DNA of 64,000 nt, taken from NCBI GenBank assembly GCA_047967505.1, contig CM106538.1. One strand, given 5' to 3'. A model generated the notes under the pieces. It did not search any database. It saw nothing but the letters and a program-made list of their open reading frames with translations, and had not been told where the DNA came from. Of this stretch, positions 24,701 through 35,800 are shown in pieces. The position numbers and the translations under genes were made by a program. The DNA comes from Dipteris shenzhenensis. Taxonomy: Eukaryota. Each line of letters begins with the position of its first letter. The stretch's first letter is position 1.

Positions 24701-25650
24701 GTTTGTGCTCACCAGCATCCATCTCTGTGAAGCTTTTGTAAGAGTGTGTGACTCGGATTTGTGCAATATATTATGAGGCATTTTGAACTATTCTACTGTT
24801 GTCTATCTCCTAAGGTTGGTGCTTGTGAGTTCTATCTTGTAGACACATAAAAGTTGGAGGTATTTAATTACAGCATTCCCTCCTCTCTATGATTCTTCCG
24901 TTGCACATACCGTAACCATTTACTATTTCCGCTGCGTGAAGAAACTGTCAGAGTATGCAGCAGAAGTATGCATGTGAAGAGAGATGCACGAATGAGACTA
25001 GAGAGAGCAGGTTTTGCGATTAGAGAGAAAATATACTGCACAATGAACTGCAAGGGAATGCAACCAACAAGTGCTGGAAAAAATCTGCTCTACTGCTGAG
25101 AAAATCACTTCAGAAGATACAATCCAAACACTGAACTGCGCCCCGGATAGTCCACACAAAGGCTGAAATATGTGCCTCTGGATGACTGCAAACTGAAGTA
25201 GAACTGCACCTCAGAATGGGTACAATACCAGGGAAAAGGAGCCCTATTTATAGGAGGGGGGTAGGCTGCAGACTGGCTGACTTAACCTGACTTGGCCTGG
25301 GTTGGCTTGTCTGCTAACCCAACCCGGTCTGATCGGTTGACCCGACCCTTTGGTTGGGTGGTTGCATGGCCTGACTGGTCCCAACCAGCTGGCAAAAGCC
25401 AGCACTAAACTGTCCTTAACCAGCCCCTAACCATACCCTGTTTCCAGCCTCTAACCATGCCTACATAACCTAGCTAAATGCCCTGGCACAGCACCCAACC
25501 AACTGCATATTTTACAGGAAGAATCTACTACTATTTTGTGGTCGGCACACCCACAAATCAGCCCTCAATCCCAATAATACAGACAGGAGATGCCCAGAAC
25601 TCTAATAGAAACTAGCCAAAGGGTCTAGGGTTTTTCTAATACCCATCATA
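21712..25650. repeat. Cluster of non-coding LTR-like fragments (several, both orientations)
   Basis: TG/CA-type candidate ends and TATA-like boxes (22647, 23705, 24232, 25244). 23040-23830 resembles the reverse complement of 38000-38940. No TSDs were resolved. Confidence 0.5.
21732..22241. mobile_element. Non-autonomous hAT-type DNA transposon (MITE), 510 bp
   Basis: Perfect 8-bp TSD CTGTGAAC (21724-21731, 22242-22249), imperfect TIR CATAGTTAGG/CAAAGTTACG, and subterminal AAACGG/GAAACG(C)GTTTC repeats. Confidence 0.9.
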
Positions 25651-26147
25651 GCTAAGCCCTGACCTATTTTTGTATTCCAATGATGTGTGGTTTTGATTAC
25701 AATGGTAATCTCAGAATTCCTTTTTTTGGGCAGATAAATTTTTTTTTGGGCTGAAGTAATCTCAGAATTCCGCTTGGAGCTAAGTAAACACTAGGAGAAT
25801 CTAACATATATATGGGATTAGAACAAACTCCTAGTGGTTATTTAGGAGTTGAAAGACAATTTCCAGAAAGGTCCTTCAAACATTCCGATGATAAGGGTGT
25901 ATAATATACATTCGGTACAATTGCTATATCCATAAAAAAAAGTCTTCGAGAATGGCTCTTATAAGCAGAGCACTATAAACGTGAAGCCACGACTTGTGTA
26001 AAAAATATTCACAACAACATTGCCAAAGATGATAAAGAAATTCATGAATCCTCACCAACAAACGGAACAGACAAGCAAACAGGCACCCATTATGTAGAAA
26101 GAGGTTAACTACAACCTACGTGGAGGGGTTAAGCCTTTGATTATTAC

Positions 26148-26268
26148 CAGGTGCAGCTCCAACAGCTCCATAAGCACCAGTTCTAGCATCCATAAGGCTG
26201 GCATCACATTCAACTATCCCATCTTCTGTTAGATTGGATCCTTTACCAGCATTAGTGATATCAGCATC
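26148..26268 (-). CDS. TASP1: Taspase1 internal exon B, 121 bp, DADITNAGKGSNLTEDGIVECDASLMDARTGAYGAVGAAP(G)
   Basis: cag| acceptor with a CTAAC branch site and |gtaata donor. NAGxGSNLTxDGxVECDASxMD is the asparaginase-2/Taspase1 motif. Confidence 0.95.
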
Positions 26269-26441
26269 CTGTTTTTTGCTCCACAATTGTTAGTAAGAAC
26301 CTGGGTACTCACTAAATCTTTCGAATAGTGACACAAGCTTCATATGCAAGAGCACATTATTCAAACTTCAAAAAGAGGTACTCCACATAAATGGTAGCAA
26401 CATAAAGGGCACAGCTTTCAAACAAAATGCTAAGCTGTTAC

Positions 26442-26492
26442 CTCTAACACTCTAACAGCTGCTACGACAGCATCAAGACTTGTCCTAGAAAC
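26442..26492 (-). CDS. TASP1: Taspase1 internal exon A, 51 bp, VSRTSLDAVVAAVRVLE
   Basis: ttttcatggcag| acceptor and |gtaaca donor. Phase 0 joins to exon B, giving LDAVxAAVxVLED. Confidence 0.92.
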
Positions 26493-26787
26493 CTGCCATG
26501 AAAACAAACACATGTCGCTGAAAGAGCGGAAAGAAAATAAGAGAGCACAGAAAAAAGAAAAAACATAGCACCCCACTTCAAAAGCTACCGAGGTTGCTCT
26601 GAAAAACTAGATTGTCACAATCATATGTGATGAAATGAACATAGATGGCCAAGTGCGTCAAACTAATTTCCAAGAGAGGTTATATTAGACTATGAGAAAG
26701 ATTGTATGACTATGTGCAACCCAGGAGGAAAGGATTCAATTGCCATAATATAACTATAACTGTATGACTGTGTGCAGACCAGGAGGA

Positions 26788-27256
26788 TATCAAGAACTCA
26801 ATCTCTTGTTCACGAATCTCTGTTCCTACGTTGACACCGATCACGGGCGATGGCATTCAATTGTTCCACCCAACCTAACTCTCGTGGATCACAGATCTTC
26901 TAATTAATTCGTTCCTTTGTTTTTTCATGCTTATCCACGAGACCCTCATTTCCCTAGATAGTTCTCCTTGCCAAATGTCATCATTTTAGCCTCTCCACTT
27001 GGTGCACCTTTTTACCCCTCTCTTGGGGCACATTTAAAACCACTTGCCCCTTGGCATTATTGCACATTTAGGTGCACCTAGGCCTTAGCACTCAGAACTA
27101 CCTAGTCAATGCCATTTCACCCTCACATAGGACCTTGGCAGTTACTTCTCTTGACCATTTCAATTACGCACATTAACTATTACAAAAAGTTGGTCATCTA
27201 AGAGAAAATGCCCACCGATCTTTCTGAGGTCATGCTATCTCGGCTAGAGCATAACA
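26788..27256 (-). repeat. 3' LTR of Gypsy A2 (469 bp, TG...TA)
   Basis: About 3 differences from 31640-32108, followed by the PPT. Confidence 0.96.
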
Positions 27257-30200
27257 TTCCTTCCCTCTTCAAGCATCAGCGTCCTCGATGATGAAATCTG
27301 GGAACACTCTCCGTAACTGGTATACGGATTCCCAAGTAGCTTCGGATAGAGGCTGACCATGCCATGCAACCAACACCGTGGGTATCTTCCGATTTCGTAT
27401 TTGCATTGTTCCTCAGTCCAGGATTCTTGTTGGCTTGCGCCTTGCATTATCCTCTATCTCCTGAAACAAAACCACACCTTCGATTAGTGAGTCACCTGTA
27501 TGCAAAATTTTCTTTAAGCGCGAAACATGAAAAACCGGGTGCACCTTACACCCCTATGGCAATTCTAATTTATAGGCTACACTGCCTATTCTCTTTAGAA
27601 TTAAACACGGCCCACAGTATCGAGGTGATAACTTAGCACACTCTCCTGAAGTCAACGACTTCGAGTGCGAAGGAACTTTGAGAAAAACTTTTTCTCCTTC
27701 CTTAAATACTCTTATAGACCGGTTTTCATCCGCATACACCTTGGCTCTATCCATAGCCTGGCGGATATTAGCTCTCGCAAGTGCTAGCATCTCCCGCATC
27801 TGAACTACAAAGTTCGCGGCACTAGGCAATTTCTGAGGTACTCCAACTATAGTTGGATTTGCTGGTCTATAACCATAGTTCAATTCAAACGGACTGAACC
27901 CGATAGAGGAATGTTTCCTATCATTGTAGGCAAACTCCAACAATGGCAACCACTTGTCCCATGTATGTTGCCTCAATGACACATATGTACTCAGCATATT
28001 CTCTAAAGTCTGGTTGACTCTCTCCGTCTGACCATCCGTCTCAGGATGATTCCCACTACTCATTCCCAACTCAGCCCTTAGTGTCTCAAATACCGCTGTC
28101 CAAAAATGACCGGTAAATCTGACATCTCTGTCTGACACTATGGATCTAGGCAATCCATGCAGACGAAATATATGTCTAATGAACAAATCCGCCACTTGCG
28201 GGGCACTAACAGACTCTCTAGTCGGAATGAAGTGAGCCATCTTGGTTAGACGATCAACCACCACAAGGATAGAATCATACCCTCCTTGCGTCGTAGGCAG
28301 TCCTAAAATAAAGTCCATGGAAATGCTCTCCTTTTACTGAATATCAGGATATCGTCAATAAAATGTACTACCAACTTTCCGATATACGGACGTAGTAGAT
28401 CGTTCATAAGCATGACGAAGGTCGCTGGAGCATTGGTAAGTCCGAAGGGCATTACCAAAAACTCATAATGACCAAACCTGCTCCTGAAAGCGGTTTTATG
28501 CACATCCTCGGCTCTAATCCGGATCTGATGGTAGCTGCACTTAAGATCTATCTTGCTGAAAATCACGGCTCCATGTAATGCATCTAGCAAATCATCAATC
28601 CGAGCCATCGGATACCTGTGCTTAACAGTGATATTATTCAATGCTCTGTAATCTATACAGAGGCGAAACGTATCATCCTTTTTCTTCTTTAATATCACTC
28701 GCGAAGCAAAAGGTGAGAAACTTGGTTGAATCTGCCCCAACTTGAGGTATTCTTCCAGTTGTCTACGCACCTCCGCCTCTTCAGCAAAACTCATTCTATG
28801 GGGAGGTCTATTTACAGGTTCTGCCCCCGGGATCAGTTCAATCTTATGTTGAACTTTCCGCTCTGGAGGTAACCCATAAGGTAGTTCATCCCTAAAACAT
28901 TCAGAGAACTCCTCTCTTATAAGATTAGCCAGCTTGGCCATCTCACTACTTTGCGTAACATCAGTGCTAGCCGAAGAATCATCAACCGGCTCTACCGATG
29001 CTGTGCAAAGGAATAAAAACTCTACTTGAGCTTTTCTGATTTCCATCACGGAAACCAACGGTCCTTGAGGTATATCTTTTTCACCTCGCAAGACATAAAG
29101 CACATCATTCATCTTGAACTGATCTACATTCTTTTTCCAATCAATGGCTGGATTCTTCCTAGAATGCCATGCCATACCCAGGGCTATATCTGCATGAGCA
29201 AGCTTGGTCATTTCAAAATCAAGCTTCTCAGCATAGTCCTGAATCCGAAGCTCCAACTGAGTAACCCTTTGGTCCCATACTTCAGTTGAACTTCCATCTG
29301 CCATCCTGACTGTATACACATAGTCAGATGAACTTGTCTTTAATTTCAGCCTCTTCACGAGCTTGGAGTTAATCACATTGTGAGTTGACGCCGAGTCAAA
29401 CAACACAATGACATCATGACTGGCCACTTGCCCTTTCATTTTAATTAACTCCGTATCATTAAAGGCCGTATACCCCGTTGTTGCGGGCTTAGATAGAATG
29501 TTATCAGGTGCACTCGTCACTAACTTAGCAACAGATACACATAACAAACAAGGTACTAACCTCTGAGAAGGTCCCGCTAGTTGCATCTGCATATGTTCCG
29601 CATTGGGACTCTTCTGCATTTCCACGTCGCATTCAGATATTATCATATTAGCCGTGCGACGGTCTTTATTCAATGGACAATCCTTCCACTGATGTCGCTG
29701 AAGGCAGCCGAAGCACAATCCTTCTTTTCTAGCTTTCTCTTTTTGTTCAGGGGTCAACGAGGACTTTGACCAAGCCCGGGCTGCCATTGGAGTTATTTTC
29801 CTTTTCACCCCAACGGTGGTACTTGTTTTTACTGGTCCCTCAACCGGCTTCACCTGCTTGGTTTGGCCACTTGGCTGCGAGACACTTGTCTTTGAAACCC
29901 ATTTCCTCTGAAATCCTCCTTTTTTCGGGTACTCATACTGAGTTCCTGCCTGCACAAATCCACCAGATCTGCCCCTGGCATCCTCATAGTTCAGGGCTAC
30001 TGCAATAGATTCATCTAATGTAGTCACATATTTAGCCCGAACTTCCATTTTGATTTTGTCGTTCAGTCCATAGATATAGTCTTTTAACTGAACCGACATA
30101 GAGAGAGGGTCTGTTATTTTCATGACACATTCCCTGAATTTGTCGGTGTACTCTGCCACCGACAGACTCCTCTGACGAAGATTTCTATAAGCATCCCAAG

Positions 30201-31639
30201 CTCGGGACTCTTCATCAGGTGGGAGAAAGTGTTTCTTAAATTCAGCTTTAAACCCTTCATAGGTGGTAGGAGCAACTTGATCCTTCTGTTGCTTTATCCA
30301 CCATCTATCCGCTGCCTCGATAAACAGGTGCGTGGCCTCACGGATTTTCTTTAGATCAGATCTAATTTCACAAATGGCGAAGGCTTCTTCCCACTTGTGT
30401 AACCAAACCTCGATCACATCAGAGCTGCGCTCGGTCATCCGACCAGCGTACTTCTCCGGTCTATAATTAGCAATATTAGGCACTTTGACCCTCGCGCGCT
30501 CTAATGAATGTATACTGGGCTCTGGCTCTGCTGGAGCTTTGCCCTTATCAATTCTAGACGGTCTAGCCGACAAGGCTCGTACCATCTCCCTAATCTCATT
30601 CTGACCAGCATTCACTTGAAGCTGCTGGTTCATAATCTGCTGTAAAGCATCTTCTAATATCGAAATCCTACCGATCAAAGTAGGTGCTGCATGATGTGAC
30701 ATCTGTTGTGTAGACTGTACTCTAGACTCACTAGGATTCACCCTAGAATTATGCCCTTCTGCCTCCATAGTTTCACAATGGAAAATGGTTTTTTTTTTTT
30801 TAATTTTTCTTTCTTCTTTTCTCACGCGAAAACTCCAAAAGTACAGCACTTTAAAATCCCTTTCTGTATAGGAAGAACTACTGCAAACTGAAAACCTGAA
30901 ACATATATATATATAAGAGAAAAGATGCTCCCTGGTTGTCTTCGAAGGATGTTCGCAACAATCCCGGCTGCTCAGCCTCAATCGTTCACAGCGTACTCAA
31001 TTTTGATGTTCATATGCAGACCGTGACGTCTATAATCTTTTCTCCAAGTTGCTTTTTTTTGCAAAGGCGTCAACACGTATCCCCTTTTTTTTTTTTAACA
31101 GCAAACTGTAAAAACAGTAATCACCTGGCCAAAATTTAACACTGTACTTGCAACGGCTGAAATATCTAACGGACCAATTCCTCTCTGAATCGTCAAGGCG
31201 GAATACTCCGTTGGTTTCCAGGTATACGCCGTTCAACCAAAACTTGCGTCAACTCACTAGCGACGGCCTAATCCCATAAGACAGCGCACGATCTGGAACT
31301 TAAATCTGCGCCTACGTTTTTTTTTTTTCCCAGCGACCATCCGTCCCAAATTATTCCAACCTTTGCGTCACCTCTGCGCTCAAGCCCCAATTGAGAAAAC
31401 GTCGTCAACCTTGACGACCTCCATTGCAGTAATCCAGCGCCCACGATTCATAGGCCAATTGCACGGCAGCGCGTTACGGGACCCCCAGGTCACCCCGCTA
31501 GCCTTTTTACATTGACAGTCGGGAACGCCGTCGATCAGGCGTCACCAGCAGCTCCATCACCGCCTCATTTCGTCACATAGTCTAGTCACGTTTACCCCTC
31601 TCTTGTCCCTTACTCTCTCCACAAGGCTCTGATACCAAC

Positions 31640-32108
31640 TATCAAGAACTCAATCTCTTGTTCACGAATCTCTGTTCCTACGTTGACACCGATCACGGGC
31701 GATGGCATTCAATTGTTCCACCCAGCCTAACTCTCGTGGATCACAGATCTTCTAATTAATTCGTTCCTTTGTTTTTTCATGCTTATCCACGAGACCCTCA
31801 TTTCCCTAGATAGTTCTCCTTGCCAAATGTCATCATTTTAGCCTCTCCACTTGGTGCACCTTTTTACCCCTCTCTTGGGGCACATTTAAAACCACTTGCC
31901 CCTTGGCATTATTGCACATTTAGGTGCACCTAGGCCTTAGCACTCAGAACTACCTAGTCAATGCCATTTCACCCTCACCTAGGACCTTGGCAGTTACTTC
32001 TCTTGACCATTTCAATTACGCACATTAACTATTACAAAAAGTTGGTCATCTAAGAGAAAATGCCCACCGATCTTTCCGAGGTCATGCTATCTCGGCTAGA
32101 GCATAACA
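31640..32108 (-). repeat. 5' LTR of Gypsy A2 (469 bp, TG...TA)
   Basis: Adjacent to the Met PBS and a direct repeat of 26788-27256. Confidence 0.96.
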
Positions 32109-32867
32109 GAGGAAATGAATCAATTGTATGACTATGTGCAGACCAGGAGGAAAGGAATCAATTCCAATAATATATTGCCATATGAATTCATTAAGTTCCC
32201 TGCCTTATCCATTCCTTTGAAGGGACTTTCACAAAAGGCAATTGTGCAAGGATTGTGCTTAGTACAAGCCAAGAACATGTTCCAAAAATGGGTCATCCCT
32301 CACTGAAGAGGCAGCATACATCTTGCCTATCCCTCGATGAAGAGGCTTGGGCTGGAACTAGGCTGCCTATGGCTGGCTGTTGAAGTTAGCTAAAGAAGAT
32401 CCTACTAGTGGGGGAACACTGGTGCTGTGCTATTCTGTGGATGCAGATGAATTCTCGTACTGGCCGTGTTCATTGCAATGGACGCTCCTTGTCGTGCCTC
32501 TGCTTCTCCTTTGCATTGAGAAAACCACCATACTTACCATCAGTTCCTAATTTGGGTCCAAGACCTCAAAATTCTGACTATGCCCATCGTTGTGTCTTAG
32601 TCCATCAGCTTGAAGCTTAGGACATACCATTGAATATCTGCATGAAACCCATGGATTAACTTTTGGAGCTGCCTCGGTTGTCTGTAATTGTAAGGCCACT
32701 TAAGTAAAATGGTTCTTACATTGGTAACCCGAATCAACAAGGCCCTGCCTGATCTCTGAAAACTGAATTTGGAGACAGTTTATATACTGTGGTGGCCTAT
32801 GGCAAAAACTCGGGATTGTACTTGAGAAACTCAGCGCAACCATCTCTCTGCACCCCATTTGTGCCAC

Positions 32868-35800
32868 TGCAAACTCCTTTATTGCTAAGACCTTCCAAAG
32901 ATTAGTGTTAGTAATTTAGCGCTGCCGAATTCATTTACTTGTTGTTGGCTGAGCAACTCTTTTGCTGTGGAAATCGCACTCTCTCACTCTCTCTCTCTCA
33001 CACACACACAACACTAGGGCCCAGGACAATCATTGGGCTGGACCCCCCCCAAGGTCTTTATTCATATAATGAAAACTGAATACAAAGTTCAACTCACCGG
33101 CTGCTTCTCTACAAAAACATACGTGAAATCTTCTTTACCAAAGAGCTCTCAGCTCATTTCTTTCGAGCAACATGCCAAGTGTCAAAATTCTAATTAGCAC
33201 CTAGCTAGATTCTAGTTACATGACTCAAGGGGCAAAACTCTAGGGTCTTCGTAGCCCTCGGTCACATGGACACCTGCTGGCTGCCCACTAGGCTCCAGAG
33301 ATCAATCAGCCCCTCTTAGAACCTACAACCATTAATTAAAGCGCACATAGCCATGGCACCCATTAATTGTTAGCGCTTTTGCATGCAAATAAATTCTAGA
33401 CTAATCCTAGTCTCTGTGGGCGTCCCCACCAAGCAAACATGGGCACATTAAATAATTAACTCTATGGTTGACCGAAGCCAATCCTTCTAGCCATAATTAG
33501 GGACTTTGACCAGGGGTCAAGGCGCCTTAATTAATGCTAAAACTCTTCGACCGGAGTCGGTAATGATCTACACGTTGACCAGAGTCAACTTGCTTTGGCC
33601 AAAGCCAAGTCTTGTTGACTGAAGTCTTGGTTAACCGCAGTTAACCCTCTTGGCATACGCCATGTCTTCCTAACCAAGGTTAGGCTTACTTAACCAAGGT
33701 TAAGTATCTTTGACCGGAGTCAATACTTTGACCAAAAAGAAATAACTTTTGAGCATAATTAAATAAATAAGTGACTCTTTAATTATGATCAAATAAATAG
33801 TCAATTAAAACTTTGACTTTGGAGTATTTACAACTTGGTGACATCCCCTCGGCTTCCATTCAGTTGATCTCAACTGAAAAGCTTCTTTGTAAATATCCAA
33901 AAGCTGTGGATGATCAGACAGCACGTCTTCATCCATCCACTTAGCATCCAATGCAGAATCGTTTTGAATTTTACAAGATATCTGTAAAATTCCTTGCCCT
34001 CGGAGCCTTTGCATACAGTATGATACACAATTTGTTCTAGCTTAAGGACCACCTCCACTTCTGGTGAATCCTCTGTTACTAGCTCTTTAGACTCCGATCC
34101 CTGAAATTTCTTTAGAAGACTCACATGACAGGCATTGTGAATCCTCCAATGCTCTGGCAGTGCCAACCTGTATGCAACCTCATTAATCTCTTCTGTAACC
34201 CTGAAAGGGCCATAGTGTCTGGGAGATAACTTTGCATACACTTTTTGCTTGCCCTTTAGCTTGCAGAGCCTAGCTTTCTCGAACTTCAAAAGCACCCAAT
34301 CCCCTTCCTTGAGATCTAATTGTCTCCTATGCTTATCTGCAGCCTTCTTATGCTTTTCTTGAGACCTTTCTATTGCTGTCCGGACCTGGCTGAAACCTGT
34401 TTGGAGGTCTCTGACAAACTGATCAGCTGCAAATATTTCATCTTTGGACCTTAGGATAGGTGGCAGAATCACCTTCCCATAGATGACCTCAAAGGAGGCT
34501 TTCCTTATGGAGCTGTGAACTGTATTATTATATGCAAACTCCACCAGTGGTAGGTACTTTTCCCAGTCTGAATTTTGGTCAGCCACATAGCATTTCAGTA
34601 AATCCAACACTGTAGAATTTGCTACCTCACTTTGACCATCTGTCTGGGGATGAAAAGAAGAATAAAAATTCAGATTTGTCCCCATATTATCGAAAAGAGC
34701 TCTCCATAATAGACTAGTCATTCTGGGATCTTGGTCACTGACAATGGACTTAGGCATACCATGGTGCTTAAAGATATGTGCCATGAAAAGCTTAGCCATA
34801 TGATCTGCCTTTATAGTTTTGCACACTGGAATGAAATGAGCTTGCTTGCTGAATCTATCAATGATAGTCCAAATCCCATCATTCCCTGACTTTGATCTTG
34901 GCAGATCAAAAATAAAGTCCATTGCAATACTTTCCCACGGTGCCTGGGGCACGGGAAGAGACATAAGTAGGTCAGGTGCCTTCTGTCTGTCATATTTGAC
35001 CTTTTGACAGGTTAGGCATTCTGTAACAAACTAATGTATATCTTTCCGCATTGCTGGCCAAAAGAATTACCTCTCTAATGCTTGAGTTGTTGCTATAATT
35101 CCTCTATGCCCAGCATAGGGGTACATGGCATTCCTCCAAAATATCCATCTTTCAAGGAATAGTGGCTGGTGGACTGCCCCTCTTGAATTTTCTGCAAAAT
35201 CTCACCAAAATCTACATCTTTAGCATAATGCTCCCTCATGTCTTCCAGATCCCTATGATAAGCAATAGTTACATTGTTCATCTGAGGTCTTCAAGACAAG
35301 GCATCTACCCCGCCGTTCTAAGCTCCTGGAGTATGGACAATCTAAAAATGATGCATTGACAAAATGTTTGCCCATTTCTTGTGATTCTTGGAGAGCTTAC
35401 TCTTAGTGAAAAAAAATCTGAGACTTTGGTGATCTGTTTGAACTATAAAGTCTGCACCCAAAAGATAATGCTTCCATGTATGGAGAGCATGAATTACAGC
35501 CAGCAACTCTTTCTCGTAGATTCCCAGATATCTTTTTGCATCCCGGAGTCTCCTGCTCTCGTAGGCCACTACATGACCATTCTGATGCAATGTAGCCCCA
35601 ACACATTCCCCACAGGCATCACAATCCACATCAAAAGGCTGGTACAAATCAAGAACTATCAAAATTGGCTCTGTGGTCACCTTCCCTTTGAGTGTAGTGA
35701 ATGCTTTCTTCAGTAGAATACCCCGTCTGAAAGCTGCATTTCTTGGTAAGGTCATGAAGTGGAGCAGCTATAACCACCACAAAATGCCTGATAAATCTTT

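Larger units (their letters stand above)
5054..26147 (-). other. TASP1: 21,094-bp TE-filled GT-AG intron of TASP1
   Basis: Donor GTAATA at 26147 and acceptor CAG at 5054-5056. The reading frame and expected protein continue without a gap across it. Confidence 0.85.
26788..32108 (-). mobile_element. Ty3/Gypsy chromovirus A2 (family of A1), internally deleted, TSD GAGGA
   Basis: GAGGA at 26783-26787 and 32109-32113, PBS 31626-31637. Open gag-PR-RT(N) ORF 28303..~30768, integrase 27554..28318 and chromodomain ~27270-27430. About 1.2 kb is missing at ~28330. Confidence 0.97.

Noticed and set aside
28320-28345. A2 deletion as a spliced-RNA product
   Set aside because: A GT donor is possible, but the acceptor side in A1 reads TG, not AG.
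30769-30981. N-terminal extension of the 892-aa ORF
   Set aside because: It runs through a poly-A/leader region not conserved in A1. Gag most likely starts at MEAEG.
32340-32620. Possible additional host exon (GTAAGT donor at ~32532-32537 on the minus strand)
   Set aside because: Upstream frames contain stops and show no resemblance to the Taspase1 N-terminus.
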